The notes under the pieces are model-generated. The model saw only the letters and a list, made by a program, of their open reading frames with translations, was not told the DNA's origin and did no database searches. From the IMG/VR virus record IMGVR_UViG_3300036945_000909: 64,000 bases of DNA; one strand, given 5' to 3'. A program made the translations under genes and the position numbers. This document shows positions 47,058-57,571 of this stretch, piece after piece. Position 1 is the first letter of the stretch. The number at the start of each line of letters is the position of its first letter. Origin of the DNA: an uncultured virus (IMG/VR IMGVR_UViG_3300036945_000909). Lineage: Duplodnaviria; Heunggongvirae; Uroviricota; Caudoviricetes.

Positions 47058-47258
47058 ATGAACATTCAACAAATTGCAGCAAAGTACAAGATTTCAGAAA
47101 ACTTTTTAAATTCTAGAGATGATGGTTTTAATATTTCAATCGAATCAGTTAATGATATTATATTGGAATTAAAAAAAGGAATGGAAGCCGAAATGACTAT
47201 AAAAAAATTAGAAAAAGTTAGAGATTTCATGTTTGATGTTAGAAACTCCACATTTTAA
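47058..47258 (+). CDS. Hypothetical protein
   Basis: Operon-packed ORF. Confidence 0.6.
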   Translation: MNIQQIAAKYKISENFLNSRDDGFNISIESVNDIILELKKGMEAEMTIKKLEKVRDFMFDVRNSTF

Positions 47259-47270
47259 TAAGTTATACCG

Positions 47271-48047
47271 ATGATTAAAAAAGCAGTATATAGTTATAAA
47301 CTAATTGATGATTATTGGAAAGGACAATCTGAAACGTTTTATAAACTTGCTAGATTGTCCTTAAAGTTAGCAAAAAGACATTACAAAACTGTCTTATATT
47401 GTGATAGAAGAACTGATAGAAATTTCAAAGAAAACGATTTGTATTTCGATGAGGTTGTTATTCTAAATTCACTAAGAGATGTAAACGAACATACTTACGG
47501 ATTAGCAAAAATTTATGCTATGATGGAACAGAATGAACCTTACATTATGTTGGATTTGGATACTCTTATATTCGAACCAATCATTACACCTCATACAATT
47601 ACTTATGGGTATAAAGAAGGTGAACCGGAGAATATTGCAGGAACTCATTATATCAACAATTATTATTTAAATTCATATGAAGAATTTAAAAATAGAATTG
47701 ATATTCAATTGAATTGGTTGACGTTTCCAAATAATAGTTTAGTTGCAGTAAACAATCCATTTATTGTTAAAAAAATGTATGAAAAGATTTTAAGAATAAT
47801 GAATGGTGATTGGACAAAATCAAGTGTTCAATTCTACGAACAATTTTTATTATACAATTATCTTGCATATTACAAAACTGATATTGGATTTTTGTATGAA
47901 TACTCTCCATTTTCGGAACAATTGGAATCCTATGATATAAACAACGCATTGGCAAAAAAGTTTGTTCACCTAGATTTTTATTTCAGACAACCGAAATCTC
48001 ATATATTAATTGATGAAATCGAAGAACATACGAAAATAATTGTTTAA
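47271..48047 (+). CDS. DUF6734-like / GT-A nucleotide-sugar transferase-like protein
   Basis: LYCD, KIYA...Q.EPY..LDLD (DxD) and EQ.LL motifs. Confidence 0.6.
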   Translation: MIKKAVYSYKLIDDYWKGQSETFYKLARLSLKLAKRHYKTVLYCDRRTDRNFKENDLYFDEVVILNSLRDVNEHTYGLAKIYAMMEQNEPYIMLDLDTLIFEPIITPHTITYGYKEGEPENIAGTHYINNYYLNSYEEFKNRIDIQLNWLTFPNNSLVAVNNPFIVKKMYEKILRIMNGDWTKSSVQFYEQFLLYNYLAYYKTDIGFLYEYSPFSEQLESYDINNALAKKFVHLDFYFRQPKSHILIDEIEEHTKIIV

Positions 48048-48088
48048 TATTTTTGGAAATATCATAAATAATTTGTATATTTGATATA

Positions 48089-48373
48089 ATGAAAAAAATA
48101 CTATTAATACTAATGTTGTTGGGAGTGATGACATTAGAAGCTAAACCAAAGTATCGTATTGAGACTTGGGTAGATAATGGAGTAAAATATTATCTCCCAC
48201 AGAAAAAAGTGTGGTATAGAACGAATTATTTTTACTTACCATTTAAAGTATGGAATTCGGGTGCATACCCATTTCAACATCAATCACAAGCTGAAGAAAT
48301 TATTCAAAATTGGAAAATGGATTATCAAGCAAAGATTGATTACAGACGTTCAGAATTTATAATCGTAGAATAA
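48089..48373 (+). CDS. Secreted hypothetical protein
   Basis: Signal peptide MKKILLILMLLG. Confidence 0.65.
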   Translation: MKKILLILMLLGVMTLEAKPKYRIETWVDNGVKYYLPQKKVWYRTNYFYLPFKVWNSGAYPFQHQSQAEEIIQNWKMDYQAKIDYRRSEFIIVE

Positions 48374-48376
48374 TAT

Positions 48377-48742
48377 ATGAAAAAAACATCATCTGTTGCC
48401 ATTGGTCTTATATTACTCTTTTTAGGTAGTATTGCACTTATAACCAAATATGAAATTGATTCAACTCCTACAATTGTAAAATCGGATATTACCAAAGTTG
48501 ATTCACTACAAAATGTAATTGATAGTTTACAATCCGATATAAAGATATTGGAAGATGGATTTGATATACGAGAAGCCAGATATGAGGATGTTATTTTCAG
48601 ATATGAAATGTCATTAGATTATTTGAAACATAACCACAATAATGCATATAGAGATTTTATTCGTATTTCTCAAATGAAAGAAAAATATGATAGAAAATCG
48701 GAAGCAGAATTTAAAAAAGAAATACAATTAAATAATTTATGA
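48377..48742 (+). CDS. Membrane-anchored coiled-coil protein
   Basis: N-terminal TM; DSLQ repeats. Confidence 0.65.
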   Translation: MKKTSSVAIGLILLFLGSIALITKYEIDSTPTIVKSDITKVDSLQNVIDSLQSDIKILEDGFDIREARYEDVIFRYEMSLDYLKHNHNNAYRDFIRISQMKEKYDRKSEAEFKKEIQLNNL

Positions 48743-48821
48743 AAATTATAAAAGGAATAATATTCATAATTAATTTAGTTATTAATAAAATTAAAAGAAA
48801 AAGAAAATCAATTTGGGATTT

Positions 48822-49955
48822 ATGAATACAATAGATAAAAAATATCAGGACTTACTACAAGATATATTAGATACGGGAATCGTTAAATCAGATAGAACTG
48901 GTACTGGTACTATATCTACATTTGGAAGACAAATTAGACATAGAATGTCACAAGGATTTCCATTACTAACCACAAAGAAAATGGCGTGGAAAACTATGGT
49001 GACTGAATTACTATGGTTTTTAAGAGGTGATACTAACATCAAGTTCCTATTGGATTACGATTGCCACATTTGGACTGGTGATGCTTACAAAAGATATGTT
49101 GAAGCGCATAAAAAGGAATGGAGTGATAAAATGACTCCCGAACAATTAGAAAAATCATATCCTGATGTTAAGGAGTTTGAAAATCTAATTAAGACAGTTC
49201 CTGAATTTGCAAAAACATGGGGTGAGTTAGGTCCAATTTATGGTAAACAATGGAGAAAATGGGAATTAGCAAATTATTCTATAGATCACGTTGAATATGG
49301 TTTACCTAACGATTTATATGTGGATCAAATACAAAACCTAATCAACGACCTTAAAACAAATCCAGATAGTAGAAGAATGATGGTAAGTGCTTGGAATGTT
49401 GGTGCATTGGATGCAATGGTTCTACCACCCTGCCATTATGGATTTCAAGTTTATACAAGAGAGTTGAGTTTGAAAGAACGATTAGATTTGGCATCTAAAA
49501 CTTATAGTACATTTGAACCTTTTGATTTCCATGTAGGCGACCATAACGAAATAGATGAGTTATATCCAGTTCCTAAACGAGCAATCTCATTAATGTGGAA
49601 TCAAAGAAGTGTAGATACCCCGTTGGGACTTCCATTCAATATTGCTTCATATGGTTTGTTGTTGGAAATCATAGCAAAGGAAGTTAATATGATACCTGAT
49701 GAATTGATTGGTAATTTGGGTGATTGTCACATATATAAAAATCAAATTGATGGTGTTAATGAACAATTAACTCGTGAACCATTTGAATTACCAAAAGTAC
49801 AAATAACAGAAAGGAATTGGTATCAACACAAAGTAGTTAAAGAATATTTAGAACCAAAAACATTTAAAGATAAAATATTATCATATAGGCCAGATTCTTT
49901 TGAATTGATTGGGTATCAATCTCATAGTAAAATAAAAATGCCATTATCAAATTAA
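48822..49955 (+). CDS. thyA: Thymidylate synthase
   Basis: DRTGTGT, ELLWFL, LPPCH, QRSVD..LGLPFNIASY and DCHIY motifs. Confidence 0.96.
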   Translation: MNTIDKKYQDLLQDILDTGIVKSDRTGTGTISTFGRQIRHRMSQGFPLLTTKKMAWKTMVTELLWFLRGDTNIKFLLDYDCHIWTGDAYKRYVEAHKKEWSDKMTPEQLEKSYPDVKEFENLIKTVPEFAKTWGELGPIYGKQWRKWELANYSIDHVEYGLPNDLYVDQIQNLINDLKTNPDSRRMMVSAWNVGALDAMVLPPCHYGFQVYTRELSLKERLDLASKTYSTFEPFDFHVGDHNEIDELYPVPKRAISLMWNQRSVDTPLGLPFNIASYGLLLEIIAKEVNMIPDELIGNLGDCHIYKNQIDGVNEQLTREPFELPKVQITERNWYQHKVVKEYLEPKTFKDKILSYRPDSFELIGYQSHSKIKMPLSN

Positions 49956-50183
49956 AGTTATGGAAACATCAAAAATATTGATTAAAGTAAAAGATAGGAA
50001 TGGTAATGAATATACTAAATTAGTAGAGTATAGTTCTTTAATTGATGCTAACAACAAACGAAAAATTGTAAAGAAAGAATTGAATAAATTAATTAAATCT
50101 AACAATTTGAAAAAATAATTATCAATCATTACTTACAAGGAAATAAATTTGGAATTGTAAAATAATTTTCGTATCTTTACATT

Positions 50184-50780
50184 ATGAAAAAAGAACTATT
50201 AGAAAATGGATTCGTTTCGTTTGATATAACAAGTGAATATGAATTAGAATTATTATCAAAGATATACTCAAATTTATCGAATAATCAATTTAATAAATTA
50301 GTAGTATCATATGATAGTGTTTTACATAATCATCCAGTTAATAATTCAACTTTTAAAAATTTAAGTAAAACAAAAGATGAATTAATTGAAACAGATAATT
50401 TAGCACAAATTTGGTTTTCGGCATACGATACTTCAACTGAAACTAATTTATTATTAAAAAGTATTTTTTACAAATTTTATGAATATACTGATGTTCATTT
50501 CTTAAATGTAATAACCTTATATAATAATGAATGTTTTATAATACCACACATCGATGGTGAGGACCCAACCCGAATAATGGGTGTATTAATTTATCTAAAC
50601 AAAGATTATAACGAAGCAAATGGTGGAAATTTAATTTTAAAAAACGAAACCAAAATATTACCTGAATATGGTAGAGTTGTAATAATCGATTACACACAAA
50701 ATTCAGTTGAACACGAGGTCACTAAAGTGTTAGAAGGAGAGCGTTACGCAATTTGTGCATTCATACATAAAAAACAATAA
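50184..50780 (+). CDS. 2OG-Fe(II) oxygenase
   Basis: PHIDG, LIYLN..Y...NGG, HEV and RYAI motifs. Confidence 0.85.
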   Translation: MKKELLENGFVSFDITSEYELELLSKIYSNLSNNQFNKLVVSYDSVLHNHPVNNSTFKNLSKTKDELIETDNLAQIWFSAYDTSTETNLLLKSIFYKFYEYTDVHFLNVITLYNNECFIIPHIDGEDPTRIMGVLIYLNKDYNEANGGNLILKNETKILPEYGRVVIIDYTQNSVEHEVTKVLEGERYAICAFIHKKQ

Positions 50781-50781
50781 A

Positions 50782-51252
50782 ATGAAAAAATACAAAGTTA
50801 TATTACTAAGTGGTGGGTTCGACCCTATTCATAAAGGACACGTTGAGTGTATTCAGTTAGCAAATGAATTAGCAGATGAGGTTTGGGTTGGATTAAACAA
50901 CGATAGTTGGTTGAAGAGAAAAAAGGGTAAATCCTTTATGGAACAATCCGAGCGTAAATTTATTATGGAACATATTAAAGGGGTTTCATATGTTTATGTG
51001 ATGAATCCTAAAATTCATAATGATGATACTGCAATCGATTTCATTGACCATGCTAGATTGAAATATATTAGAGAAAATGGTGATTTACCAAAAGGTGTAA
51101 TGGCCTTTGGAAATGGGGGAGATAGAACCGAAACCACCACACCCGAAAATGATGTATGTAATACCTACGGAATTGAATCTGTTTGGGGGTTGGGAAATAA
51201 AATCCAATCATCATCATGGTTATTAGAAAAATACTTAAATATCGCAAAATAA
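50782..51252 (+). CDS. Cytidylyltransferase-like protein
   Basis: SGGFDPIHKGH, FGNGGDR and KIQSSS motifs. Confidence 0.88.
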   Translation: MKKYKVILLSGGFDPIHKGHVECIQLANELADEVWVGLNNDSWLKRKKGKSFMEQSERKFIMEHIKGVSYVYVMNPKIHNDDTAIDFIDHARLKYIRENGDLPKGVMAFGNGGDRTETTTPENDVCNTYGIESVWGLGNKIQSSSWLLEKYLNIAK

Positions 51253-51267
51253 ATTAAAATAAATAAA

Positions 51268-51948
51268 ATGGTAGACACAGCAATTGAACTTACATCGGAA
51301 CGTATTGATAAACTCACATCAACACTTTTTCCAAAATTAATTAAAGACCCTTCAAAATTAAAATCGGTTATTCAACCAAAACCAATGTCTCAAGAAGATA
51401 TTGATTACATTACATTACAATTAACCAACGCGTTGGAAATACATGGTGGTATTGGATTATCAGCAAATCAAATTGGATTAGATGTCCGTGCATGTATTAT
51501 CAATGTGAAAGAACCATTGGTATTAATCAACCCAACTATTGTTGAGGTTTCAAGAGATACGGTTGCATATGTTGAACAATGTTTATCGATTCCAAAAAGT
51601 ATGAGTAAACCCGTAAAAACTATTCGTCATAAATCAATTACAATCGAATGTGATAATTTAGGGACAGTAGTATTTTCACCGGATTATGTTGAAGGTAGAG
51701 AGTGGAAAGATTCAAATGAATTTTTTGGAGATACTGGTTTATTAGAATGTGTATGTGCACAACATGAAATTGATCATTTAAATGGAACGTTGATTACTGA
51801 TACTAAAAGACGTTATACTACAACGGTTGTTAAACAAAAATCGTATGGTAGAAATGAAATGGTTATGGTTAAATTACCAGATGGTAGCACCGAATTTATC
51901 AAATATAAAAAAGCACTACAATTGGGCTCAGCAGTTCAAATTCTATAA
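51268..51948 (+). CDS. def: Peptide deformylase
   Basis: GIGLSANQIG, EQCLSIP and QHEIDHLNG motifs. Confidence 0.92.
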   Translation: MVDTAIELTSERIDKLTSTLFPKLIKDPSKLKSVIQPKPMSQEDIDYITLQLTNALEIHGGIGLSANQIGLDVRACIINVKEPLVLINPTIVEVSRDTVAYVEQCLSIPKSMSKPVKTIRHKSITIECDNLGTVVFSPDYVEGREWKDSNEFFGDTGLLECVCAQHEIDHLNGTLITDTKRRYTTTVVKQKSYGRNEMVMVKLPDGSTEFIKYKKALQLGSAVQIL

Positions 51949-51957
51949 TAAATACCT

Positions 51958-52212
51958 ATGGCAAAATTAATATTTAAATACACCGATTCGGAATTTATAG
52001 AAGGATTACGAGAAGCATCAGAAATTGAATTTACTGTCCCCGATGATATGGATATACATGAATTCAAAGTAATGTGTGTTAGATTGGCATCTTCGTTGGG
52101 ATATCAGCAAGAAACAATTAATAAGGGATTCGGTAATCTCGTATACGGAAACGAAACCAAAGATGGTTTAAGACAATTACTTAATGAAATCAACAACAAA
52201 GAAATTAATTAA
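51958..52212 (+). CDS. Hypothetical protein
   Basis: Operon-packed ORF. Confidence 0.6.
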   Translation: MAKLIFKYTDSEFIEGLREASEIEFTVPDDMDIHEFKVMCVRLASSLGYQQETINKGFGNLVYGNETKDGLRQLLNEINNKEIN

Positions 52213-52426
52213 AAATCTAAATGATAGGTTGCTAACCCAAAATATAATAGTTCAGACATTAATTGATATTATATTAGAAAACGGGTTAACAACCGAAGAA
52301 GATTTAGATATTAGAATTAAATCTAATATTGAATTATTAGATGAGGAATTGAATTCATTTAAAAGTGATGAAACCCCAACCGATGGAGTTGGATTCCAAT
52401 ATAACGGCCAAGTTGGTGAAGCATAA
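52184..52426 (+). CDS. Hypothetical protein
   Basis: Operon-packed ORF. Confidence 0.6.
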   Translation: MKSTTKKLIKNLNDRLLTQNIIVQTLIDIILENGLTTEEDLDIRIKSNIELLDEELNSFKSDETPTDGVGFQYNGQVGEA

Positions 52427-52497
52427 AATAATTGATAAATTATTTGGTAAATTCAAATATTTTTCGTATATTTGTATATAACAAAAAATTAAAAGAC

Positions 52498-52869
52498 ATG
52501 ATAAACTATTTAAAATCTAAAATTTTCCCTCCTTACCAAATGAATGAAAAGGAGACTTTGACTTACGATGTTATTCAAATGTTGTGTGAACAATCTGATA
52601 CTGATTTAAAAATTGCACCATTAACCGGTAGATATTTTATGATAAATAAAAGATTATCCTATTGGGTTAAAGTTGAAGATTTTAGTGTGAGTATTACCAA
52701 TCACAAATTTACATTAACGAATACCATCACTTCAGAGTATCAGAAAAAATTAGTTAATATGATAGACACCTTCATTGAAGCTGATAGAAATGAGTTCGAA
52801 CAGACAGTTTTCCAAAACGAAGTTGAATTGCTTGAAAACATTTTATCAAATATTAAATTTAAAGAATAA
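52498..52869 (+). CDS. Hypothetical protein
   Basis: ATG downstream of the promoter at 52443. Confidence 0.65.
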   Translation: MINYLKSKIFPPYQMNEKETLTYDVIQMLCEQSDTDLKIAPLTGRYFMINKRLSYWVKVEDFSVSITNHKFTLTNTITSEYQKKLVNMIDTFIEADRNEFEQTVFQNEVELLENILSNIKFKE

Positions 52870-52872
52870 TAT

Positions 52873-53136
52873 ATGAGTGGAATTGAAATTACATTAGTAG
52901 TATCCGTATTACTAAACATTGCATTAATAGTTGGTGCACGTAATATACTATTACAAAACGAAGAGTTAGAAGACACGTTATTAGAAACCATAATGGATGT
53001 CCAACAAAAGGTAGAAACTGCATACCAATCAATGCAAGAAATTGATTTACGTGGTTCTTTCGAATCAGATGATGAGGTAGGTGCAGTGTTTGCAGAATTG
53101 AAAGAAATCATTACAAAATTAAACGAAACAATTTAA
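52873..53136 (+). CDS. Membrane-anchored protein
   Basis: N-terminal TM; D.RGSFESDDEVG motif. Confidence 0.7.
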   Translation: MSGIEITLVVSVLLNIALIVGARNILLQNEELEDTLLETIMDVQQKVETAYQSMQEIDLRGSFESDDEVGAVFAELKEIITKLNETI

Positions 53137-53137
53137 T

Positions 53138-53902
53138 ATGGCAAAAACCAGAAAACCAAAATCCAAAATATATTTTGGTACTCCTGCTCAAGAGGCTATA
53201 GTTGAATATAACAAATGTAAAGACCCAGTCAAACGTAGTAAAATTTACGAAGAGGGAATTAAGTATCCATTTGAAAAACTAGCAGAAAACGTTCTAAACA
53301 CATTTAAATTTTCTTATTTTGATGTATCTAAGAAAGATATTCAAATGGAAGTTGTTTCTACGATGGTAGAGAAAATGCATATGTATAAAGAAGGTAAGGG
53401 TAGAGCGTTTTCATATTTTACCATTATTGCAAAGAATCATTTGATTTTAAAAAACAACGGAAACTACAAACGTTGGAAACAAAATGCTCTAATATCAGAG
53501 ATGCCCGAAAGTTGGAATCCCGAGAATGATTTTTATGAAGTTGAAGAGGCTTCTGAATTTAGAGAGTTTAAAGATATAATGTTGGAATATTGGGATAAAC
53601 ATCTTGCAACTGTCTTTAACAAAAAAAGAGATATTCAAATCGGTGATGCAGTATTAGAGTTATTCCGTAGAAGTGATTTCATCGAAAATTTTAACAAAAA
53701 ACATTTGTATCTACTTATTAGAGAGATGACAGATTGTAAGACTCACTATATCACAAAAGTGGTAAATGTGATGAAACAACATCAACGAAAAATGTTAAAC
53801 GAGTATTTAGATAATGGTGATTTTTCAGTAAGAGATGAACCATTTTGGGTAGATACATCAAAAATAGATTTAGAAGAGGATATATTTGATGACGAAGATT
53901 AA
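53138..53902 (+). CDS. Phage sigma-factor-like protein (T4 gp55 late sigma-like)
   Basis: Region-2-like KLAEN..F.FSY...DI..E and AFSYFTIIAKN, comparable to gp55 PFAYFTQI..N; acidic C-terminal tail. Confidence 0.55.
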   Translation: MAKTRKPKSKIYFGTPAQEAIVEYNKCKDPVKRSKIYEEGIKYPFEKLAENVLNTFKFSYFDVSKKDIQMEVVSTMVEKMHMYKEGKGRAFSYFTIIAKNHLILKNNGNYKRWKQNALISEMPESWNPENDFYEVEEASEFREFKDIMLEYWDKHLATVFNKKRDIQIGDAVLELFRRSDFIENFNKKHLYLLIREMTDCKTHYITKVVNVMKQHQRKMLNEYLDNGDFSVRDEPFWVDTSKIDLEEDIFDDED

Positions 53903-55610
53903 GAACAATTATATTTTAGGAATTTCGTGTGGATTCCACGATTCAGGTGCAGCACTAATTAACAATGGAAAAGTTATTGGTGCAACATTGGAAGAAAGTT
54001 TCACAGGAATAAAACATGATGAATCATTTCCATTCAAATCAATTGAGTGGTTATTAACATCAAATAATTTAACAGCATCAGATATTGATGTTGTTTCTTT
54101 TTATGAAAATCCTAAACTTAAAATAAATCGAATTGAAAAATCAGTAAAGAAGGGTGGATTTTTTAATTTACTAAATAGTGCATCAATCATCAGTAGAAAT
54201 AAAAAAGCATATGATGAAATTGAAAATACTATAAAATCAATTTTTGGAAATGAAATTGAAATATCATATGTAGAACATCACCTTTCTCACTTAGCTTATT
54301 CATATTATACTTCACCTTACGAAAGAACTGCAATTGTATCCGTAGATGGTGTAGGTGAATGGGAAACTGCAGTAATTGCATATGGTGATAAAAATACAAT
54401 AACAAAACTACAAACAATAGAATATCCACATTCATTGGGTATGTTATATTCGGCTTTTACTGCATTCTTAGGTTTCAAACCAAACGAAGGTGAGTATAAG
54501 GTAATGGGACTTGCTCCCTATGGAAATCCAAAAGCATATTTAGATAAATTTGAAAGTATCATTTCTCCTACCGAAGATGATGGATTTGAATTGAATATGG
54601 ATTACTTTGATTATGAGTGGTCAACTGATATGATGTTTAATGAAAAGTTAGGAGAACTATTTGGTTTTACAAATAGATTACCAGATGAAGAACTTGAAAA
54701 TCATCATATGGATTTAGCTGCAACATTACAACAAGTATATGAAAATTACTTTTTCAAATTTTTAAATAGAGCATTTGAACTTAAATCAGTTCCATTTTTA
54801 TGTCTAAGTGGTGGATGTGCATACAACGGAACGGCTAATGGTAAAATTACTGAATTATCCAAATTTCAAACATTGTGGATTCCACCTGCTCCATCAGATG
54901 GAGGTTCTGCAATTGGGTGTGCATTGTATCATTATTATACTAACAACCCAACATCAGTTAGAGTTGATAATACAATTCCATACTTAGGACCATCTTATAC
55001 GAATGCGGAAATTAAACAAATTTTAGATGAATCCGAAGTAGATGTTTGGTATGAATATAAAGAATATTCGGAACTAATTCCATTCATTTCTAAACAAATT
55101 GTTGATGGAAATGTTATTGGTTGGTTTGAAGGTAAAATGGAATTTGGTGCAAGAGCATTAGGAAATCGTTCTATACTTGCAAATCCTCGAGACCCTCAAA
55201 TGAAAAGTAGGGTAAATAGAGTAATCAAAAAAAGAGAAGGATTCAGACCTTTTGCTCCAATGGTTAAGGAAGAAGATAGAACTAAATACTTTGATTATAA
55301 ATTATTAGTTCCATTTATGAATCAGGTTGTAAGAGTAAAAGCAGAACATAGAAAGAACTTACCAGCAATTACACATATAGATGGTTCTGCACGAATACAG
55401 ACGGTTAGTAATAGACAACATACGAATATGTATAAATTACTTTGTCAATTACAAAAAGATAATGAATATCCAATGGTGTTAAATACATCATTTAATTTGA
55501 AAGACCAAACAATGGTCTTAGACCCTAAAACTGCAATCCAAACTTTTCTTAATTGTGAGATGGATTTATTAGTATTACAGAACTATATTGTAAGAAAAAA
55601 GATATTGTAA
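53886..55610 (+). CDS. Carbamoyltransferase (NodU/CmcH/TobZ family)
   Basis: HDSGAAL, EHHLSH, VDGVGE, GEYKVMGLAPYG, EFGARALGNRS, FRPFAP and LNTSFN motifs. Confidence 0.95.
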   Translation: MMTKIKNNYILGISCGFHDSGAALINNGKVIGATLEESFTGIKHDESFPFKSIEWLLTSNNLTASDIDVVSFYENPKLKINRIEKSVKKGGFFNLLNSASIISRNKKAYDEIENTIKSIFGNEIEISYVEHHLSHLAYSYYTSPYERTAIVSVDGVGEWETAVIAYGDKNTITKLQTIEYPHSLGMLYSAFTAFLGFKPNEGEYKVMGLAPYGNPKAYLDKFESIISPTEDDGFELNMDYFDYEWSTDMMFNEKLGELFGFTNRLPDEELENHHMDLAATLQQVYENYFFKFLNRAFELKSVPFLCLSGGCAYNGTANGKITELSKFQTLWIPPAPSDGGSAIGCALYHYYTNNPTSVRVDNTIPYLGPSYTNAEIKQILDESEVDVWYEYKEYSELIPFISKQIVDGNVIGWFEGKMEFGARALGNRSILANPRDPQMKSRVNRVIKKREGFRPFAPMVKEEDRTKYFDYKLLVPFMNQVVRVKAEHRKNLPAITHIDGSARIQTVSNRQHTNMYKLLCQLQKDNEYPMVLNTSFNLKDQTMVLDPKTAIQTFLNCEMDLLVLQNYIVRKKIL

Positions 55611-55690
55611 TTAACATTAACATAACATTTAACATTTATTTCATAACAATTTCATAACATTGATATACTTATATTAAATAGGATTTTATT

Positions 55691-55999
55691 ATGAAAAAAA
55701 TTATTACATTATCCCTTCTCCTATTTTCTTTAATGGGGTTTTCACAAGATGTGGAAGTTGGGGACAAGATTAAGATAAACGATGGCACTCAAAAAGGTGT
55801 GTTAGTTTATGATGGTGTTAAATTCGTTCAAAACGGAATTTGGAAATCAAACTATGCTAAAGCAGAGTATGTAATGGGAAAATTAATTTGGATTCATCCA
55901 AAGGGAAATCGTAAATGGACAACGGAAGAAATTACAATAGCTCAATTAAGAAATAGAGTTATTAGGTTAGAAGAATCTATTGCATCTACGGACAATTAA
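55691..55999 (+). CDS. Secreted hypothetical protein
   Basis: Bacteroidota-like signal peptide ending FS-Q. Confidence 0.65.
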   Translation: MKKIITLSLLLFSLMGFSQDVEVGDKIKINDGTQKGVLVYDGVKFVQNGIWKSNYAKAEYVMGKLIWIHPKGNRKWTTEEITIAQLRNRVIRLEESIASTDN

Positions 56000-56104
56000 T
56001 TATTATTATCAATTTATGTATAAGAACCCGACATTTTTGTGTTGGGTTTTTTATTTTTGATATTTATTATAGTATTATTATTTAATTTAAGGAGATTACA
56101 TAAA

Positions 56105-56653
56105 ATGGAACAACCAGGTGGTTTTAAAGATTTATTAAACTCAATGATGAAACGCAGGTGGTATATCACTGCATTAGTATTGGGTTCGTTCATGTTAATT
56201 ATAGGTGGGATATTTGCTGCGGTAGTATCGAACACTGGAATCGCAGGAGAGTGGAAAGAACTTCTTCTATTACTATTAGGAGCATTTATTGGTTCTTATG
56301 GTAAGATTATTGATTACTGGTTTTCCGATACTGATAAAGATAAAATGTTAGTTCAGAAAATGGATGAGGAAGATGGTGTATCATTAAGTTCAACAACCGG
56401 TGAGAATCCAATATCAGAATCAGTATCACCAATCAATGAAGTTGATCATTCAGGCCAAGTAAGTGCTCAACCAAGAACAGGAATTGAAATCGATGAAGAT
56501 GGTGATGGAACTATGGATGGTATTGATTTCGATGGTGATGGTAAAATTGATGTATATTTTGCACATAGACAATGTGAACACGTTTGGGGTGATGTAGATG
56601 GTGATGGTGAAGAAGAGTGTTTGAAATGTGGTAAAATCAAAGATATAGAATAA
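56105..56653 (+). CDS. Two-TM protein with DxDGDG Ca-binding motifs and a C-terminal zinc ribbon
   Basis: TM pair followed by IIDYWF; DEDGDG, DFDGDG and DVDGDG; CEH..CLKCG. Confidence 0.7.
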   Translation: MEQPGGFKDLLNSMMKRRWYITALVLGSFMLIIGGIFAAVVSNTGIAGEWKELLLLLLGAFIGSYGKIIDYWFSDTDKDKMLVQKMDEEDGVSLSSTTGENPISESVSPINEVDHSGQVSAQPRTGIEIDEDGDGTMDGIDFDGDGKIDVYFAHRQCEHVWGDVDGDGEEECLKCGKIKDIE

Positions 56654-56674
56654 TAAGTAAAATAATAACCAACC

Positions 56675-57499
56675 ATGAAAAAAATACTCAGCGAATGTAT
56701 TATTGTATCAAAAGAAATTGATAATAAATTCATTCTAGCTAAAAACCGAGATAGGGCGTATAAACCTACATTAGAAGTCATTCATACTATTATGAATGGA
56801 ATTGAGGTTGCATATCTCCACGACATCACAACTGATTGGAGTGAAGGTTTAAATGAGTATGGTATTGGTGTAGTAAACTCTGCATTGTTAGTTGGACACG
56901 ATGAAGCAGAACATAAGTTAGTAAAAAAAGGTGGTGGTAAACCAGGAGCAGATGGTGCTAAGATGAGAAACATCTTATCTCAAAAAACTCTTAAAGATGC
57001 ATTAAAATCATGTTTAGCATATACAGGTAAAAGTAATTTACCTCTTAAAGGTCATACCTTCATATCATCACCACAACATATGATTAGTGTGGAAGCAACT
57101 TCTAAACATAAACCAGATGTTAAATTACATAATAGTGAAAATCCAATAGTTAGAACTAATCATGGTCATATGTTTACCGATGCTGGTTATACACATGGTG
57201 AGAAATATCTATCATCTAAAATGAGAAAAATATCAGCAGAAAAATCAGTTGATAAAGTAGATGATTGGAAAGAGATTGCTATGGCTATGAGAAAGGAATT
57301 CTTTCCAAAAGAATCTCAATTGAATATGAGAAGACAATCGGAAAGTATGTTTACATCATCTCAAACCGTAATGAACTTAACTGATAAGATTTTGGAAATT
57401 ACTTACTTTGATTCACAAGTTAGTGAATTCAAAGGTATTAAAACCGATTTACCAAATGGATATGTTCCAAAAATCAAAATACAAATCGTAAAAGCATAA
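56675..57499 (+). CDS. Ntn-hydrolase (C45/NRDE-like cysteine peptidase)
   Basis: C-I-I nucleophile, LAKNRD, EGLNEYGI and RTNH motifs. Confidence 0.75.
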   Translation: MKKILSECIIVSKEIDNKFILAKNRDRAYKPTLEVIHTIMNGIEVAYLHDITTDWSEGLNEYGIGVVNSALLVGHDEAEHKLVKKGGGKPGADGAKMRNILSQKTLKDALKSCLAYTGKSNLPLKGHTFISSPQHMISVEATSKHKPDVKLHNSENPIVRTNHGHMFTDAGYTHGEKYLSSKMRKISAEKSVDKVDDWKEIAMAMRKEFFPKESQLNMRRQSESMFTSSQTVMNLTDKILEITYFDSQVSEFKGIKTDLPNGYVPKIKIQIVKA

Positions 57500-57505
57500 C
57501 ATCAA

Positions 57506-57533
57506 AAACTCCACCTAAAAGTGGGGTTTTTTT
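57506..57533 (+). terminator. Intrinsic terminator
   Basis: AAAACTCCAC/GTGGGGTTTT hairpin followed by a T run. Confidence 0.75.
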
Positions 57534-57540
57534 ATTCTGT

Positions 57541-57549
57541 ATATTTATA
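57541..57549 (+). promoter_or_regulatory. Putative phage late promoter ATATTTATA (representative copy)
   Basis: Heads the structural operon; the same motif lies shortly upstream of starts at 6032, 9376, 23685, 32523, 37151, 61433 and on the - strand at 5879. Confidence 0.6.
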
Positions 57550-57571
57550 TGTTGAACTAATATATAAAAAT

